Below are positions 35,897-41,067 of a stretch of 41,067 nt of DNA, one piece after another; the stretch's first letter is position 1, and each line of letters begins with the position of its first letter. The stretch covers positions 101,777,854 through 101,818,920 of the forward strand of contig NC_068983.1 in NCBI RefSeq assembly GCF_001194135.2, in the 5' to 3' direction. This DNA is from Octopus bimaculoides (Eukaryota). The notes beneath the pieces were generated by a model, which saw only the letters and a list, made by a program, of their open reading frames with translations, made no database searches and had not been told where the DNA came from. Both the position numbers and the translations under genes were made by a program.

Positions 35897-36360
35897 CATT
35901 GTACAAACAATTTGGCTTGTGTTCTCAAATTCTCTGCCTGTCTCTCTTTCTCTCAGTATATATAAACTTACAACTTTCAAGTTATTTGCCAACTTACAGC
36001 CAGGTGATTTGCTTCATTGGTTATGCCAATGTTGCGGCTCTTGTCAAAAGTTATATCATCATCCTGAATCTAAAGAAAGACTGAAAGAAACTATGAAAAC
36101 AAACACAATATCCAGATAACCAAGATAGCAGATGTGGCTGGATAACAGTTAAAATCTTTAGGCTTTTCTTATAAAGCAAAGACACAATGATTTAAATTAT
36201 AGCTGAACTTAAAACTGAACATTAAAGCAACTATGGACAAGATCTTCATCATTATAGAATTTTGTGAGTTCATGTGTCCAATGATTTCATTTTGAATTCA
36301 AATAATGCCCTTTGCAACATTAGACTATGATGAGGTCTGCCAGCATGACTCTGTCATTAA

Positions 36361-36495
36361 AAGGCTTGCTTTGCAACTACATAACTCTTGGTTCAGTTCC
36401 TCTGAGTGGCACCTTGGACAAGTGTCTTCTACTATAACCTCTGGTTGATTTAACTTGTGAGAAGAATTTAGTCAGCAGAAACTATGTGGAAGCCT
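36361..36495 (+). mobile_element. SINE head
   Basis: GCTTGCTTTGCAAC..GGTTCAGTTCC..GTGGCACCTTGGACAAGTGTCTTCTACTATA..GAAACT..GAAGCC. Confidence 0.75.
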
Positions 36496-36667
36496 GTTGT
36501 TAATATATGTGTGCACACACACAAAAGGCTTTTGCCTTATTTCTACCAACCAAGTTGTACTTACAAGATATTAGTCAACTTGAGTTACAGTAGATGACAC
36601 TTGCCCAAAATCAACATTTTAACCACATGGTAAGGTCATTATCCTACTTATTTATGTATGCATATAT

Positions 36668-36705
<38 letters not shown>

Positions 36706-36759
36706 GTTTCTGTCTCTCTGTCTTACTCCTCTCATCACCTGGCACAAAGACACCTCCTT

Positions 36760-37008
36760 CAATACCAATCTTCTCCTCTCAAAGGATCTTTGTCTTGCAA
36801 GTAACTTGGTTACCTCACCAGTGCTGGTGTCATGTAAAAAAGCATCCAGTCCACACTGTAAAGTGGTTGGCATTAGGAAGGGCATCCAGCTGTAGAAACC
36901 ATGCCAAAACTGACTGTAGAGTCTTCTGGGTTGCTAGCTCCTGTCAAACAGTCCAACCCATGCCAGTATAGAAAACAGACATTAAATGATGGTGATGTTG
37001 ATGATGAT
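36760..37008 (+). mobile_element. SINE 3' half ending in the family A LINE tail
   Basis: GGATCTTTGTCTTGCAAGTAACTTGG..AGGAAGGGCATCCAGCTGTAGAAACC..TCCAACCCATGCCAGTATAGAAAACAGACATTAAATGATGGTGATG. Confidence 0.8.
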
Positions 37009-37040
37009 AATATATACATACACACATATGTATACATGAT

Positions 37041-37173
37041 GGCTTCTTTTAGTTTCCATCTACTAAATCTCCTCACAAGGCTTTGGTTGGCCTGGGGCTA
37101 TAGTAGAAAACACTTGCAAGGTGCCACACTGTGGGACTGAACTCAGAAGCATTGGTTGGGAAGCAAACTCTTT
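37041..37173 (-). mobile_element. SINE head, inverted relative to 36361-36495
   Basis: GGCTTC..AGTTTCCATCTACTAAAT..CTCACAAGGCTTTGG..GGCTATAGTAGAAAACACTTG..GTGCCAC..GGGACTGAAC. Confidence 0.8.
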
Positions 37174-37279
37174 ACTGTACAGTCCACACACACACACACA
37201 CACATGTATATGCTTGTATTTATTTATTTATTTATTTATTTATTTATGTATGTATGTAATATATATGTGTGTGTGTGTG

Positions 37280-37310
<31 letters not shown>

Positions 37311-38368
37311 TTGTATATGCACACACACACACACGTGTCTTTTTGTGTCTATGTCTGCAAGTGTTTGTGTGTTTCTGCCTTTTACTCTATATTGCCAAAT
37401 GATGTAAACAGTGGCAAAAAGCCAATGCTCTTCCTCAAAATTCTTCCAGGTTACTAGATTACAAACATTGTCTCTTCACTCTCACCATTAGAACTTCAGC
37501 GAACCAATGATTAAGCTTGCTAGAAACCTTTAACCAATAACACTATTGTTTACAAATTGCAATATAGGAACTCCTTGCACAAATAGCATAAAATTGGTAG
37601 AATTCTTTACTTGTTTTTGTCATTGGGTAGCCTTATTTGTGTGGTTGGTACACATAACAGAGAAACATATAAGTCTGCAGTCTCTTCACTCTTGAGTAAA
37701 GCATCATTAAGCTTTACAAACACTAGGCCTTGCAGCCACTTAAGATCTCTTGTAGTTGCCATCTACATTTTACTGGCTGAACCTTGTGTCCAGAGACAGA
37801 ACCTACTTCAACTGTGAATGACTACTGACCATGCATTATAAGGCTAAAAATAGCAGCCCAATCTTGTTCAAATCTCATGTTGTTATGATATGGAAATAAA
37901 TGCAAGTCTCATTGGTTTAATGTAGCTCCTAGTATACAAATAGGAGGGTTACACATGGAATATCTTTTGATGATATGTCTACTTGACCAGGGCTGACCTA
38001 GAAGTCAAACAAGGTCTACCACTGCTTGTATATCTGGAATGAAGTAGCTGATACACACATACATAAATATTCATGACTACAGTCAAAAAGAAAATGTTAC
38101 CAATAAACCTTTATTCATAAATGGTAGGGGTTTCGTATATGTAACCTAGTGTGTTGAATAACTTTAGTCACCTGAAATAAGTTAAGCAATTAACCTGACA
38201 AATATTCCCTGCCTAAAATTTAAGTACTAAACAACATGACGGATAACTACATTCAGTTGACTTTAATTTTTTGGTAATATAAGTAATTATTGGAGTGTGT
38301 CTAGTTTTTAAAGCAACTGACCTGTTTCAGTTGTATTAATCTACTCAGTTAGCAAGACTAAGACTGAT

Positions 38369-38404
<36 letters not shown>

Positions 38405-39187
38405 CAATGTCAATTATGAATCTCAACAATATTAGTAGTATGGGGGCATGCACTGTAACAGTGTGACACTGTATCTAGTATTTGTTGGGGATTGCCTACT
38501 CCTGATGGAGGACACATTTGCACCACTCAGGTGACCACCCTCCAACCATGGGTCTGTCTGGGTAGTTGCTGCTGCTGAGGGTTTTCCTACCTCAATCTCT
38601 TTTAGTCACCATTTACAATACACAGAGGAAATGCTGGGTCTGTTCTTTGACATGTTACCCCCCCCCCCAGCTCTAGAGCAACATCTTAACCTCTAGGCCA
38701 CAATATTGCTGAGGGGAAACTATCTTAGGAGAGCCACTTTTAAGCTGAGTTACTGCTGCATTGAATATACTCAGTCCTTATGTAGTAGTAGTTCTCCCTT
38801 ATTATCAGCTGAGAACATTTATGAATTAGATATGGAACAGATATAACAAGTTGAATGTGTAGTTGAGGAAGGGTATGTTGTAAATATGATTTTCTTCAGA
38901 AACTAGAAAGGGGCAGAAAAGTTACGAAGCTGAATATATGATCCTGTTGGTCATCTTTTAACATTTTTATAAATCTATGTGTCCTTCAATAAATTATTAT
39001 TATCTAAAATTTAAGGGGAAATTTTAATGTCACCGTTTAACCTATGTTTGTGAAAAATATTGAAAGAAAGCTTAAAGAAACAAAGAAAATATCAAATTTT
39101 CTTTAACAAAAGATGACACTTGCCCAAAATCGACTTTTTAATCACATGGTAAGGTCATTATCATACTTATTTATGTATGCATATATG

Positions 39188-39271
<84 letters not shown>

Positions 39272-39764
39272 CACACACACACACAGAGTTTGGTAACAAA
39301 GGACACTGCTTGCATGACTGTGACACCTGTTTACAGCTATCATGTAATGTCAAGGCAAGGAGACAGTAACACACACTAGGTGCACACATGTGCGCATGCG
39401 CACACACTCACGCACATACCTGTTTCTGTCTCTCTGTCATACTCCTCTCATCACCTGGCACAAAGATACCTCCTCCAATACCAATCTTCTTTCAAAAGAT
39501 CTTTGTCTTGCAAGTAACTTGGTGACCCCACCAGTGCTGGTGCCATGTAAAAATTTCAGTTTAAATTTCATATGTGCACATGCCAGCATATATATTGGTG
39601 TTGTTTTCCTAATTACTTGTGGAAAAGACTGAAATGCTAATACAGCTTTGTATTTGTTAACTGAGAAGGTTTCACTATTTATTAATAAATAAATTTGTTT
39701 ACAAATTTCCAAAGTCCAACCTCTTCTTCCTCCATCTTATATGTACTTTAACATTTGGGTTCAA

Positions 39765-40090
39765 ATAACTGACGCTCCATTAGTTATGATGACAAGGGTT
39801 CCAGTTGATCTGATCAACGGAATAGCCTGCTTATCAAATTAACATACAGGTGGCTGAGTACTCCACAGACATGCATATTCTTAACATAAGTTCTCAGGGA
39901 GATTCACCATGACACAGAATGTGACAAGGCTGGCCCTTTGAAATACAGGTAGGGCTCATTTTGCCAGCTGAGTGAATTGGAGCAGCATGAAATAAAGTTT
40001 CTTGCTCAAGGACACCTGCTACCAGGAATTGAACTCATAAACCACACGATCATAAGCCAAATACCCTAACCACTATGCCACACACCTTCA
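39765..40090 (-). mobile_element. tRNA-derived SINE, near full length
   Basis: Reverse complement is colinear with 4766-5086 from TGAAGGTGTGTGGCATAGTGGTTAGGG to TCAGTTAT. Confidence 0.85.
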
Positions 40091-41067
40091 CTAGGGTGCA
40101 GATAATACAAAAGTTGATGCCTTGTTAAGTTTTCAAGAAAACAGATTGAACTTGTGCTTTATCATAGATGCTATATTTATATACTGTATATTCACTACCT
40201 TTCTCTTAACAACTTCAGAAATGAAGGTGTATATGTATTTTTTTTTTTTTTTTTTTCAATTCAAGGATATTTCTTAACTTAGGCAGCAGTCCTAATATCA
40301 TTTGATAAGATTATATTGTTTTTTATATAGTTATTCCTTTCAGTTTATTTATTTATTGCCTTGTACAAGTGACTGGTTCTGACACTACTACTATTATTAC
40401 CTCCACCACTCCACAAACCCCCTCCATCACATCCACCCTCACTACAAAGACATACAGTATTGTCAGTATATTGCATGCAGGTGAGATTTTTTTTTTTTAA
40501 ACCCTGAAAACACCTGCATGTGATTCAGTCAAGATTACATCTTCTTTCTTAAGCTATTTGTCCAGAGGCAATTAACTTCTTCCTTGACTTCATATGTTTA
40601 CAGAGTTCTTTTTGTCCCTATTCGCTTTTGTTAGTTACTTTTTTTTTTTCCTGTTCATTTCATCTTCAGCCAGTGGTGAAACTACAACAGAGCATTCTGT
40701 TACTGGAAATTTTTTACTTGTGAAACATACCAGTGCAGACATCGGATGTTTTATCTGAGCCTACCTTTTAAAGCTAGAAACAAGGGGCGGGGTTAAACCC
40801 ACCTTTTAAACATCACTCCATCTATGTCTACTTTAGGCCTGGATTATATGTAAGCCGACTGTTGCAGACTATATCAATAAGTGTCTTGATTAATGTTTTC
40901 TTCCTCTGCTATGCACAACTTTTTTCTGGGACTCTTTTAAGATGCTACAGCAATTTATGATTTAGATAAGATTCGATATGAAATATTTTCGACAATACAA
41001 GTAAGAATACACTTGAATGGTTTACTGGCTGTTTATAAATAAATTGGTGCATGTGGACCCCCCCCCC

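Larger units (their letters stand above)
36592..39553 (+). repeat. Local direct duplication: 36592-36840 and 39111-39553
   Basis: Both copies read AGATGACACTTGCCCAAAATC..CACATGGTAAGGTCATTATC.TACTTATTTATGTATGCATATATGCA-(CA)n-CCTGTTTCTGTCTCTCTGTC..CCAGTGCTGGTG.CATGTAAAAA. The second has ~150 extra bp next to the CA tract. Confidence 0.85.

Noticed and set aside
35956-36119. Next Ack exon or RT fragment (YANVAALV)
   Set aside because: No Ack similarity, and the similarity to the YADD motif is too short to support.
37570-37800. Minus-strand APE-like remnant (CVPT..KEFYQ)
   Set aside because: It is too degenerate to call from short motifs alone.
1799-39712. Many ORFs rich in YI/HT/CV dipeptides or X
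   Set aside because: They are translations of (TA)n, (CA)n and (TG)n microsatellites and N gaps.
40645-40760. Strong polypyrimidine acceptor (TTCATCTTCAG) as the next Ack exon
   Set aside because: In the required phase it gives AGC CAG TGG TGA (stop) and no LSHFDYV.

Overview
AT-rich, microsatellite-dense animal genomic DNA from a draft scaffold with eight N gaps. The SINE/LINE repertoire looks like that of an octopus or other coleoid cephalopod; this is recognition from memory, not a database result. The only host-gene piece I can support is a 110-nt coding exon on + (26318-26427) encoding the N-terminal half of the SAM domain of an Ack/TNK2 (activated Cdc42-associated kinase) orthologue. 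I did not find its next exon in the remaining ~14.6 kb. The rest is intron or intergenic DNA filled with dead mobile elements: at least three RTE-clade LINE families, a degenerate RLE-type (R2-group/HERO-like) non-LTR remnant missed by the ORF track, a Tigger/pogo transposase pseudogene, a hAT MITE with a perfect 8-bp TSD, a Tigger-like MITE, many tRNA-type SINE pieces, and local duplications. The most unusual signal is three long fold-back elements (8627-8817, 30109-30476, 30491-30863) that each carry remnants of a minimal hammerhead core (GAAAC-palindrome-GTA), as described for Penelope-like elements. None has an intact catalytic core. There is no CRISPR array and no prokaryote-type system. 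Nearly all listed ORFs are microsatellite or gap artefacts.
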